64,000 nucleotides of DNA, taken from NCBI GenBank assembly GCA_038496445.1, contig JALMLS010000556.1:1-64000 (forward strand). The letters run 5' to 3'. Of the stretch, positions 26,827-38,696 are shown in pieces. Positions within the stretch are counted from its first letter, which is position 1. The number at the start of each line of letters is the position of its first letter. This DNA comes from Trichosphaerium sp. ATCC 40318 (lineage: Eukaryota > Protista > Tubulinea). The notes below the pieces were generated by a model. That model made no database searches. It saw only the letters and a list, made by a program, of their open reading frames with translations, and was not told the DNA's origin. Made by a program: the position numbers and the translations under genes.

Positions 26827-29800
26827 TCACTTCTCGTCACATTCAAGGCGGGCAAGTCTATCCAATAAGGTAATCAATCTTTCCTTTATGGCGTCGTTGC
26901 TTTTTTCTAAGTTTGTAATGCATTGTTGCTGTTTTGCAAATGCTGTCTTTAACCTTTCATTAGTTTGTTTGAGATTCTCATCTTTTTTGCAAACTTCTTT
27001 TTCGATATCGACATCAAGGGTTGGTTGTTTGTCAGAAGAGTCCAAATGGGATCCCCACAGTTTCCTTGTGTATATTTAAATGAAAAAGAAAAAATTATGA
27101 TGTATTTACCGGCTACTAATAACGTTGTCATCATCAGACAATTCATCATCTGAAATGTTATCACCTCCACTTTTGGAGGGTTCCTTGTTTGTTTCTTCTT
27201 TGGCGATTCTTTTATTGCTATTTTTCTCCTTCCTCATAACTTTAATGATATAGCGAGGGGTAGCTTGAACATCTGAAGGTATTATTAGCAATAGAATCTT
27301 ACTTGATAGAAGACGCTGATTAAACCAGAAAAAATATAAATATGATAAAGAAAAATATGTTTGATTGTACCTTGTGCAACAACAAGTTCATCGTACACTG
27401 CTGTTTTTAGTTTATCTTCTTTCAAAGTCCTACCTAAACGATCTACCAATACGTAATGGCTTTGATAGCCTGGTTTTATTGGCATTCCTCTTAAGTTGTT
27501 GTTAACACTTACCTATGTTGGATTAGTTTACATGCAAGGAAAGGTGCTGGTTGCGTACAGGATATACATTCCCAGGAGTTACAAGGGTCAAGATAAGTGT
27601 TTTTTCATCCTTTCCTGAAGTGTCGTATGAACAGGCATATTGCATACTCCTCTTTTGGGTAAAAAAAGTGAATATGAGCACATGGTAATCAGCTATTTTT
27701 AGCGTACTGTGAAATATATGCCTTGACCGTAGTATCCAGCATCCAAAGCACTCACAGTTCCAAAACCACCCTTTACAATACTGTACGCTGCTTTTTCACT
27801 TGTTCCATGTACCATCAATATCACTGGCACCTTAACAAACATGGTTAGAACAGCAAAATACACAAATACAATTAGAATAATACTCGTTTTACCTCTTCTA
27901 ATGACTTGTCAGTGTTTTGCGATATTATTGCATTGTATTTTTTGTAGACACTCTGTTTGTAGTCCTTGTGAATATCATTTTTCCAATCTTGCTTTTTAAA
28001 CAAGTAGGGAAGGTCTCTTAATAAGTTCATATTAGACTTTAAAAATGTGTAAATAAAGTGCAATAACACGTACTGATGTCTGTGTTTCAGTACGTTGTTC
28101 GCTCTACCAAAGTTTTCTGTCAAGATATCATTGCATACAAGAGTTGCTTCAACAATATCAAAATATTTGTAGCCGTGTAGTTTTGACAGCTTTTCTTTGA
28201 GTATGTTTAATTCTCTTACAGCCACTTTATCATTTGTATCAAGAAGATTCAGTGTCCTGTAATGAGTCGGCTCTGAAATTAACCCTCTTGTTTTCAGTTA
28301 AAAATACATTCTTTAACATCGTTTTTATAGTACTCACTTGGCTTTAGATCTGTCCCACTTGTATGCGTAATTCAGTCGCGGGTTTAGATCCCATGCGTTT
28401 ACGCTATTTAATCCTTTCTGGCCTTCATTTGTTTCTTCTAGATGCGTGAGTTGATCTTTATTACTCCACATGGTGTCTGGCAAGTCATACAAGATTCCTT
28501 GCATTAAATCTCCGTCCTGTTCCCAAAAATCCTGGAACAGGTGTTACTTATTGGATAGATTTTAAAAACTTGTCAATGCCGTACTGGAGACAATACAATT
28601 TTGGGTTCAAATGTACAGATTAACTGACAAATGCCTTTTTCTATTGCCAGTTTAAAATAAGAGCGAGTTGGCTGTTGGTTGCTTGATTAGTTAAAAATTG
28701 TACATAGTTTTGAGATAGCTTACCAAGAGTGGTAACCAATCTAGGATAGATTTTCTACAACATAAATGTTTCCACAACTCATCACAAGGTTGATCACTTG
28801 GAATATGTTTTAAGAAAAGTGCAACCAATTCTTCATCGTTGTTATAGTTATAGTATAAGATAAGACTTAAAAAGTCTTGCCACAGTCTCTTTTTAGGTGA
28901 GATGTGTCCTCCAGTTGCTTTCAATACAATACGAAGCAACTGCTCTTAATAAAAAACAGTAGTGAGTAAAGTAATCTGCTGTATTTAAGTACCTAAAGCA
29001 ACTGAAGTTGAATTTTTGTATTCATCAACAGGATCAAACTTAATATTTGCCTGTGCCTTGATTAACATCGGAATCAGAAAACAGTTATGGTTCTTGACTA
29101 ATAGCATGTTAGGTAATTAAATAATTCTACTCTTGTGTGATATCACCTGCCACAAATAAAGCTGTGTCTCCTTTGTTATTAACAATAGCAACATCAATGT
29201 TGGCTTTGATTACTATTGATACTGTTAAAAAATCATGTTCATCTCTACGTTTACAACTTAGAGCTAAGAGTAGTTAATATCTAGCTGATATCAAGCCGAA
29301 TCATGACTTCACCTGCAATGTGTAAAATTGTGTTTCCACGTTTATCAACAGCATTAATATTTTCACTGGCTGCAAATAAAGTTGATAGAGTTTCATTGCA
29401 TTCTTTCGTTGTTACTAAAATGGTTCTTACTAAATATTGTGGTTGAATTAGATATAACCTGCGTAATGTAATGCTGTGCTTCCATCATTATCAACTATGT
29501 CAGTATTTGCCCCTGCTCCAATCAACATAGAACACACTTCTAAATCTCTACAACGACATACTAGAGAATGTTAAGGGATAGGTAATACAACATGTATCTT
29601 GTAGTATTACGTGAACAAATCAAAGCTGTTTTTCCATCTTTGTTAACAGCATCAGTATTTGCGTTAGCCTTGAGAAGCATTGATACAATTTCTTTGTAAC
29701 CATTTCCTAAATCAATGAGAGGTACTCCTTGGCACATGTGATACATCACCTGTTTCTCCCAAATGACTTCTGTATGCAAGGTCATATTTGTTTCCATACA

Positions 29801-31520
29801 TTGCTACAAAATGTAAGTCATTGTGTATGTTTATCATGGCATACCTGCTTCAATTAATGCTGTATTTCCGTCATTGTTAGTGGCATTAATGAAAGCATTT
29901 GCCTTCAATAATATTTTCACCACTTCCTCATAACCATGTCTTGCTAAAAGTGGCAATGAGTTACACTTAAAGTTGATAAGTCAACATCACCTGCAGTAAT
30001 TAACGCCGTGTTTCCATTGTTGGTAACAGCGTTAATATCCACATTTGCTTTTACCAGTACTGATACTACTTTACTGTGTCCACGTTCCGCTACAAGCAAG
30101 TAAGTTGTGATTATGTTGTATGTCATCTTGTGAGTGTACCTGCGATATATAAAGGCGTTTCTCCATCGTTGTTAGCAGCATTAATATTTGCATGCTCTTT
30201 CATTAATAGTGACACAATATCATCATTGCCATGCCAAGCTTAGATTATATGAGTGAAAGTACATTTCTTCTATGTTGTAAGTGATGTACCTGCCCACATT
30301 AAAGCTGTCATTCCATTTTTGTCCACAACATTGATTTTTGCTTTAGCATTTAATAATACTGATACAATTTCACTACATCCCACTAAATGATTATGAGTTA
30401 CAGGTCTAACATTTTATAACACGATGTAGTAAGTCATAATTTTTTATCGTCTGTACACTTACCACCACACATCAAAGCTGTAGTTCCATAATCATTAACA
30501 GCATCAACATTTGCATTTGCTGAAATAAGAAGGGAAACAATTTCAATTTCATGTTTTCGTACTAAGAGTACAGTAAGAGGTAGAGTTAATATCATCTTGT
30601 GAAATTACCTGCACGTATCAACGCTGTATCTCCGTATTCAACAGTAGCGTCAATATTTGCATTTCCATCGATTAATATTGATACAACCTTACTGTGCCCG
30701 TTCATTGCTAAAAGCAGCAATGTCACAAACAGCATATTTTTACGTCTTGTCTTGTTTTAGTACCTGCAAGAACCAAAGCTGTATTTCCATAAGCGTTGAT
30801 ATTTGCATTTGCATTTACCAACATTGACACAATATCATAATGGCCTTCATGTGCTAAAAAGCTATGTTGAGTTGTCAAACAGTATCTTTGTGAAACTTAC
30901 CAGCAAACATTAAAGCTGACCATTCACGATCACGATCAACAGTATCAACATTTGCGCCCGCTTTAATTAGCAGTGATACAGTATTACTATGTCCTTTTCG
31001 TGCTAAACAGGTAATGAGAATTGATTTATGTGTTTGTCAAAACTTACCTGCAATACTTAAAGCTGTTTCTTCTGTATAAATCTTCATTTTAGATGGGAAC
31101 CTGCGATTAGCTGCAGTGTTTGGATTTGCGTTCGCTTTGAGTAGAATTGATACTGTGTCACTATGACCATTATATGCTAAAGGTTAAAGTAAGTTACAGT
31201 TACTGCATCACCAGGATCATGTTTAAGGCCGTTCAATTGAAATTAACTAACACTTTCAAAGAAAAAAAAAAGGTGGTTATGGCCACTCTATTATTTTTCT
31301 TTACGTAACCTGCGTAAATTAAAGCTCTCCCATCATCACAATTAACATCAATATTTTGTTTAATAATATCCGATAGTATGTCGTTTTTGCCATCACTTGC
31401 TAAGGAAGGTGAACAAATATTACCTCACCTAATTTATTTACCTGCATTCACTAAAGCGATTTCCTTTTGCGAGTAGGTCATCGTATCTACAGCGATCTTT
31501 TTGCCTTGAAGATCCGCCAT
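26827..31520 (-). CDS. Ankyrin-repeat / PARP-like ART / coiled-coil protein, paralog B (~15-16 ANK)
   Basis: ATG 31520; ~15 internal phase-1 ANK exons between ~31400 and ~29145 (one truncated, ~29750-29803); same middle domain; HGT, GYYGQGIYFT, YA, DELVVAQ; coiled-coil end ...LLDRLARLECDEK*. Confidence 0.85.
27556..28164 (-). repeat. Second copy of the near-identical inverted tract (partner of 25217-25825)
   Basis: Reverse complement matches 25217-25825 including intron sequence. Confidence 0.9.
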
Positions 31521-32163
31521 GGTGTATGTACTATTCTTACAGAATTCTATCACTTATTAGCACGTGTCGGTCTGAATGTTGAGATAAAACAACAAAATAC
31601 AAAATGGAATTTATCGCGTGAGTACTAAAATATGCCATCTCGAAAAATCTTGTGTTTTTAAGTTCTGTTAAAAGGATAATAATCGATGATTTGTGGCTAA
31701 ATTTATAGAATTCGTATGCGTAAGTATGGTAATAACGGGAAGAACAAAAATAGCCAAATAAAAACGCCTAAAATAATCGAAAAAATTTGTTATTGGTTTT
31801 TCCTAGCGCTAAATTTTATTCGCTTTGAGTCGTTTTCTTCTACTCTATTTCTCTCCGTGCCTTTAGGTGTATTTAAACAACTAACTCAAAAGTTAATTAC
31901 CCTATCACTCCTGATATATCGCGCAGAAGTTGGTTTATGCGATGCTTACGTCTACGAAAAAATCACGTGATACCTTTTTTACGCTAATTTTTTCCGAATA
32001 AAACCGTAGAAATCAATACAAGTATTAACTCTCCGCGAGATTAACATATTTATCCTTACGTCCAACCATTAACAGCGTTACGGTAAACTGTTTACCGTAC
32101 ACACTAACAATCATCATACTTTTCGGTGTAATTTTAAAACAACTACGCTAGTGACAACGCGTT

Positions 32164-35100
32164 ATGGCGGAAACACCAGGCAAAGAAAACCCAAATAATG
32201 CGACAGATTTACTCCACGCAGGTAACAGCAGGAAATACATTAATTCTTTCTCATGGCTTGCCTGTAGTGCGTACTGGGGATATTAAAATGGTTTCGTCAA
32301 CTTTACTAAAGGCGGATTCGAATAGTGATATTGATGCCCTTGATATTAAAACTGGAGAAACAGCTTTACATTGTGCAGGTAATATCAGCGTCACACGTGA
32401 CGTAATTGCGAATAAGTAAACTTATTTTTTTGTATTTTGTTAGCCAAAGAAGGATACAGTTTAATTGTGTCTGCATTACTAAACGCAAATGCAAATATTG
32501 ATGTTGTTGATAACCGCAAATTGACACCTTTGATGTGGGCGGGTAACATATCAGGCGAGATACAACGTTAACTCATCATTGATTAGCACAAAATGGACAC
32601 AATGAAGTTGTATCAATACTAATCAAAGCCAATGCAAATGTTAATGCTGTTGATGAACATGGATGGACAGCTTTGATGTATGCAGGTAATATCACAGATA
32701 CAATGTGCAACTCACATCGCCATTTAGAACAAAAAGAAACTGTATCCTTACTAATCAAAGCCGATGCTGACGTCAATGCTGTTGATAAAGACGAAAACTC
32801 AGTTTTACTTAATACAGGTAATATTGTTGTGTCATAACTGCAGCTTGCTCAATTGCCTTAGTGCGCGGATGCAAACCATGTACAGTAGAAATTGTGTCAA
32901 TGTTGATTGCAGCAAAGGCCAATGTTGATGCTACTAACAAACGAGGAGAGACAGCTTTACTTTGTGCAGGTGAAAGTCACAAGTTTTTCTTAACTTAAAC
33001 AAGTCACACTTTCTTTTAGCTCAATACGGTAACACCAGTATTGTTTCCGTGTTAATAAAAGTAAACGCAAATATAGAAGTTGCTGATAAAAAATATGGCA
33101 AAACAGCTTTACTTTATGCAGGTAACGTGCTACAAAAAGTATTTTACACTTATTTTATTTGTTTGTAAAAAAAAAAATGCTTGCCCTTATGAAGTCACAC
33201 AAAGACCTATAGTATTTTCGCATCCTTCAGTGCATTTAATTAGTAAAAATCTTCTTTTGCACTCATGCGACAGTACCAACAGCCACCAACAAAACTAGCA
33301 TTACAGCGTATAGCGAGAAAAAACCTTACCTTTTTATACTTTGTGGTTGGGCGTAGAGTAGTAATTCCGTACACGTACATTCCTCAAATATTCCTCAAAT
33401 ATTCCTCAAATTCTACATTCTAAATGACGTTCTCATTTTTGCTTTAGCTGATAACAATGGTGATAAGTTTACTGAAATTTGTTCAATGTTATTAAATGTA
33501 AAAGCGAATGTTGATGTTGTTGATAAACATGGCAAGACAGCTTTACTTTATGCAGGTAACGTCACTTCAAATACCATTCAAAACAATTGATTGACAACCT
33601 ATAGTGGAATGGAGTAACAACAAAGTCATTTCAATGCTAATCGGAGCAGGCGCAAACACCGAAATTGGAGTTGATAAATGCGGATACACAGCTTTACTTT
33701 ACGCAGGTAATACCACAACAGTCTGTACAACAGCTGTCACTCACCTTACAATAAAGCAAGTAATAAAAACTCAGAAGCTGTGGCAATGTTAATTGAAGCA
33801 AAAGCAAACGTAAACGCTGCCACAAAACAAGGTGGAACAGCTTTATATTTTGCAGGTAACTGTGCTTAGCCCATAAATTCCAACTCACGTTTCCTTTAAG
33901 TGCAGTATAGTGAAGATGTTTTTGACATTTCAATGTTGCTAGCAGCAAAAGCAAATACTGAAGTTGTTGATTCATATGGAAATACGCCCTTAATTCTATC
34001 AGGTACCATGTCAAGTTCTTATCCAATTAATTTCGGTTAACTTATGTTGCCTGTAGTACAACAGGGATATAAAAAAAGGGTTTCAATGTTAATTCAAGCG
34101 AATGCAAATATAGACGCAAAGGATAAAGAAGGAAATACAGCTTTACATACAGCAGGTGGCACAACAGAATAAAAACTAGCAGCTGATACTGATATTTTCT
34201 TTAGTCCTCTATTCTCACCTTAAAGTTTTATCAATGCTGGTAAAAGCAAATGCCAATATTGATGCCACCAACAACGAGGGAGAGACTCCTTTGATCTATG
34301 CAGGTACCTTTGTATCACACGATAGACAAAACTTTTTTTTGAAACTCACTTTATTTTTAGCACGTTTAAGTCTTAGGAGTAGTTGTGAGGTGATGTCAAT
34401 CTTGATCGCAGGAAATGCAAACGTTGACGCAGCTGATAATGACGGAAATACAGCTTTATTTCATGCAGGTAACCTGACAGTCGTAAATAGTCTACAAGAA
34501 CTAACATTGCTGTAGTTAAAGAATATAACAATAAAGTTGTGTCTATGTTAATAAAAGCAAACGCCACTATTGACATAGCTAATAATAAAGGAGAGACACC
34601 TCTACTTTATGCAGGTGATGTAACAAGATATTAATATAGACTGTAACTCACTTCTTTCTACAGCGCATGCGGGCTTGAATGCAGTTGTGATGCTACTCAA
34701 AGCAATGGCGAATATTGCACCTATCAGCTTTGATGAAGAAACTCTTAATCATGGTGTGTTTGTCACTTGTTTGTAAATTGACCGAGGACTTATTTTGTGT
34801 TTAGATTCAGGAATAATGACTTCATTATTCTTCACTTTACTAAAAGAAACTGGAGGCATTTTGCCGTCTACAAAACTTTGGCAAGACTTTTTTCGAGTAC
34901 TGTTAATCAACATGATTCACTTACAAGAATCTGGGTCTGTTGAGTTGTTCATTAATGTTTTAAAACTCCTACCATATTTTCAACAATCACGTGATCTATG
35001 GCTCTCTTGTTCATACTTCAAAAGCAAACATAAATCAGGCAGAGATAGAGAGTTAACAGCGGCAGATATTAATACATGGCTGCAACAATTGGTATGCTAA

Positions 35101-37040
35101 GAATATACAGTACCTACTAATACATGCCCAGCCAACACGTTCTTATTTTGAACTGGCAATGGTAAAAGGTATTTGTCATTTAATTTGTACAATATGTGAT
35201 CCCAAGCTTGCATTTTCGCAAGTACGTTACCTGATAATAACACACAAACCAGAAAATCATTCAACAATATCTTCCTAACACTTGTTTTTTTTATTCTCCT
35301 CAGGATTTTTGGAAAGGGGACGGAGAATTAATGAAAGGTATTCTTTACGACCTTCCTAAAGACATGTGGGGTGATAATTCAGAGCAATATGACGATTTAG
35401 AAGCTACCAAATGCATTACAGGTAGGAAGTTAGTGTTTTGTACCTAGTTTTGTTTACAACAAACTGTAAGGATTAAAAAGCAAACACAGATGGGATATAA
35501 ATCCACGACTGAATTACTCATACAATTGGGACAGATCTAAAGTCACGTGCGTTCAATATTGTTGTATTTATTTTTAACTATGTAATTTTTTTTTAAGTGG
35601 GTTTGTATCAAATGCGACTCATTACAGGACACTGAACCTTCTTGATACAAGTGATAAAGTAGCTGTAAGAGAATTAAACATCCTAAAACAAGAATTGTCA
35701 ACAATGCATGGTTTCAACAAATACAATCTTGTAGAAGCAACTCTAGTTTGTAACGATATCTTGACTGAAACCTTTGGAAGAGCCAACAAACTATTGAAAT
35801 ACAGACATCAGTACGATATCCAAAAGAACAAATTATGGTATTGATTGCCCTTGTAATTCTAACCTCTATTTAAAGGGATCTACCAAGCTTGTTTAAAAAG
35901 CAGGAATGGAAGGAAGATAATATTAATAAGGATTACAGAGATGCTGTTTACCAAAAGTATGAGGCACTCGCTCCACAAAATGGATCAACTGATGCTGATG
36001 ACGCTTCAGCAGTAGATGTAAGTAGTCCTGCTCAAATCGTGCTTACAATCTTGTTTTTAGTTACCAGTGATATTGATGGTACATGGAACTAGTGAAGAAG
36101 CTGCGTACAGTATTGTAGCAGCTGGTTTTGGGACTGTGAGCTCTTTGGATGCTGGTTACTATGGTCAAGGCATTTACTTCACTGTACGCGAAAACCGTTT
36201 AAATTATGCACGTGCTCACATTTTTCTTTGAATATCAGAGGAGTATCAAATACGCTTGTTCACATGATGCCTCAGGAAAAGGAGAAAAAACCCTTATCCT
36301 AAGTTTTGTCACACCTGGCAATACATATCCTGTAAGTAATCAACATATAACACACGTTAACTTTTTTATCTTAAGGTCCATTCAAATGACGTCTTAAGAG
36401 GGAACCCAATAAAGCCAGGATACCAAAGCCATTACGCGTTGGTAGACCACTCAGGTAAACCTCTGAAAGAAGGGAAACTAAAAACAGCAGTGTACGATGA
36501 GCTTGTTGTTGCACAAGGTACAATCAAGAAACAAATGATATTTATTTAGTTCTTACTAATGATGAGTTCAGATAATCAAGCCATTGCTCGTTACATCATC
36601 AAAGTGGTATCGAAAAGAAAAGATATCGAGCCAAAGAAAAGCGATACAGCCATGAAGAAGAATATAAACATAAATAAACCAAATGAACAGGTTGTGTCTG
36701 GTAATAATTCAGATGACTCAGATGACGTATACAATTCTGATGACGACAACTTCATTAGTAGCCGGTAAGAATTACACTTCTATTCTTTTTGCTAATTGGC
36801 AATACAAGAAAACTATGGGCTTCTCATGTAGAGCCTGATGAAGAAGAGTCAAACAATAATCTCAATACCGAACAAAAACCAAGTAATGAGGATCTGGAGC
36901 AAGCCAACAGAAACTTATCCCACAGTATTGCAAATCAGAAAAAATACATTGCTGAGTTACAAGAAACCAACAATAACTTACAAGCAAGGCTTGCTGATGT
37001 TCTGGATAAAATAGCTCGCCTTGAAACTGGGAAGAATTAA
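32164..37040 (+). CDS. Ankyrin-repeat / PARP-like ART / coiled-coil protein, paralog C (~15 ANK)
   Basis: ATG 32164; 14 internal phase-1 ANK exons of 90-111 bp (32268-34614); VHGTSEEAAYSI, GYYGQGIYFT, KYA, GYQSHY, DELVVAQ; coiled coil to TAA 37040. Confidence 0.85.
33379..33411. repeat. 11-bp tandem repeat x3 inside an enlarged intron of paralog C
   Basis: (attcctcaaat)3. Confidence 0.85.
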
Positions 37041-37175
37041 CTTTTTTGAATCGTGTTAGAACAATAAACAACTGTTAGATAGAAACCGTGTTAAAATTTG
37101 TAGCTCATTCTTCGTGTCGTCTAGACAATAAAGGTAAGAAATAACAAAACTTGCAAGTTCTGCTAGATTTGGCTT

Positions 37176-37321
37176 GACCTACTAGGGTTTGCACTACATT
37201 TCGCGAAATTTGGCGGCATGTATTTCTTCCAAATCTGTTCTTTTGGAGGCCTTTTGTACAACATTTTTTAGTCAATCGTGGCTAATCAATTTCGAAAAGT
37301 AGTGCAAACCCCTAATAGGTC
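37176..37321. mobile_element. MITE-like element (~146 bp) with ~35-bp imperfect TIRs
   Basis: gacctactagggtttgcactacattttcgcgaaatt versus the reverse complement of aatttcgaaaagtagtgcaaacccctaataggtc. Confidence 0.6.
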
Positions 37322-37526
37322 TTTCTCCGCAAACTTGCTTTCGCGACGTATAATATTATTGTCAATGCACTAAGAAATTTAATGATGGCCTTTCGTAAGT
37401 TTTCTCCGATTGTTTGCTATGATCTTTTTTCCATGAGCATAAAAAAATTTAATCTTACAGTGTATTCAAAGGTTGTTAATAATCATAATCTTGAGCGTGT
37501 TTTATTTCTAATTGTATGGTTACAGT

Positions 37527-37920
37527 TTAGCTCAACTGACCTTCAAGTTTACCATACGCTGAACGTAACATGACTTTTTACATTCCATTTTTAAAGGTGA
37601 GTTTACTCTCGTTACAATACTCTGCAAGAATTTCAGCTACGTCTAGTGACTTGCTTCTTGGTACGCATTTGATGATGCCTATGTGAAGTAAGTTGTGTGG
37701 CAATTGATAGGTTGACGTACTGGCACATTGAGCAACACTTAAGGAAAGGTTTTTGTCCTCCAAAATTTCTTCCGTTCGTCCAACCTGCGTTGAGCCACCC
37801 TTTCTTTAAGTCCTTGATAACATTCGCTTCTCTGTCAGTTGCTGCTCTTTTACACATATATTTCTTTGCTCCCACACTCATGCTGTTGTTGGTGTGATTG
37901 TTGTGTTGTATTTTAAACTC
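37527..37920 (-). pseudogene. Disrupted left copy of the small foldback-borne gene
   Basis: Same EEILEDxNLSLSVAQCASIIKC... sequence as the right copy, but AAA>TAA at 37578-37580 and an upstream in-frame stop. Confidence 0.55.
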
Positions 37921-38145
37921 CTTTATTCTGTGTGCGTCACGGATTATTTGTTGATAATCAAACACGAAAGCTTGCGGTAAAGAAAAATCTAGTTTTTCCA
38001 GATGCTATTCAATAATGGTTTGCGTAAGTACGGATATATATACACGTGTTTGAAGCCTGTTAATCCAGAAGTTACAGTTTTTCTAGAAGTAACTGATTCC
38101 CAGAATACAGCTCCAAACGCAAAATTCAAGCAATGTTAATGTGAC

Positions 38146-38696
38146 ATGAATTCTCAAAACAAAGACTCTACTGTTAAATTAATCAGAAAAAAAGACTATG
38201 CTTTGAAAAAAAGCTGGTACGCCTTTAAAAATGCACCACACGAAGCACACAAAGATAACATTCGCCAACGGGTTTGTTCATCAAATGTTCTAAAACAGCA
38301 CCATTAAATAACCTACAGTTTTAAAACACAACAACAATCTAAACAGCGCAAAGAAAGGCACTTGTACAAGAGCAGCAACTTACTCAGAAGCGAATGGAAT
38401 CAAGGACTACATAAAGAAAGGGAGAACATCACAAAGAAGGAGGAAAAAACTGAAGAAATTCTGGAGGACCAAAACCTTTCTTTAAGTGTTGCTCAATGTG
38501 CCAGTACGTCAACCTGTTAAGCCTCTCAATTATCTTATTTCTAGGCATCATCAAATGCATACCAAGAAGCAAGTCACTAGACATAGCTAAAATTCTTGCA
38601 GAGTATTGTAGCGAGAGTAAACTCACCTTTAAAAATGGAATGAAAAAAGCCATGTTACGTTCAGCGTATGGTAAACTTGAAGGTCAGTTGAGCTAA
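38146..38696 (+). CDS. Small hypothetical protein, possibly DUF4476-like helical C-terminus
   Basis: Two introns give ...TEEILEDQNLSLSVAQCASIIKCIPRSKSLDIAKILAEYCSESKLTFKNGMKKAMLRSAYGKLEGQLS*. N-terminal frame uncertain. Confidence 0.45.

Noticed and set aside
23121-34753. Regular ~145-bp periodicity resembling a CRISPR or satellite array
   Set aside because: Units are ankyrin-coding exons plus GT-AG introns; there are no identical direct repeats or cas genes.
23049-37040. Calling the ANK-ART genes tankyrase orthologs
   Set aside because: No SAM domain is evident, ANK number varies, and the ART sequence and tail differ; only the architecture is analogous.
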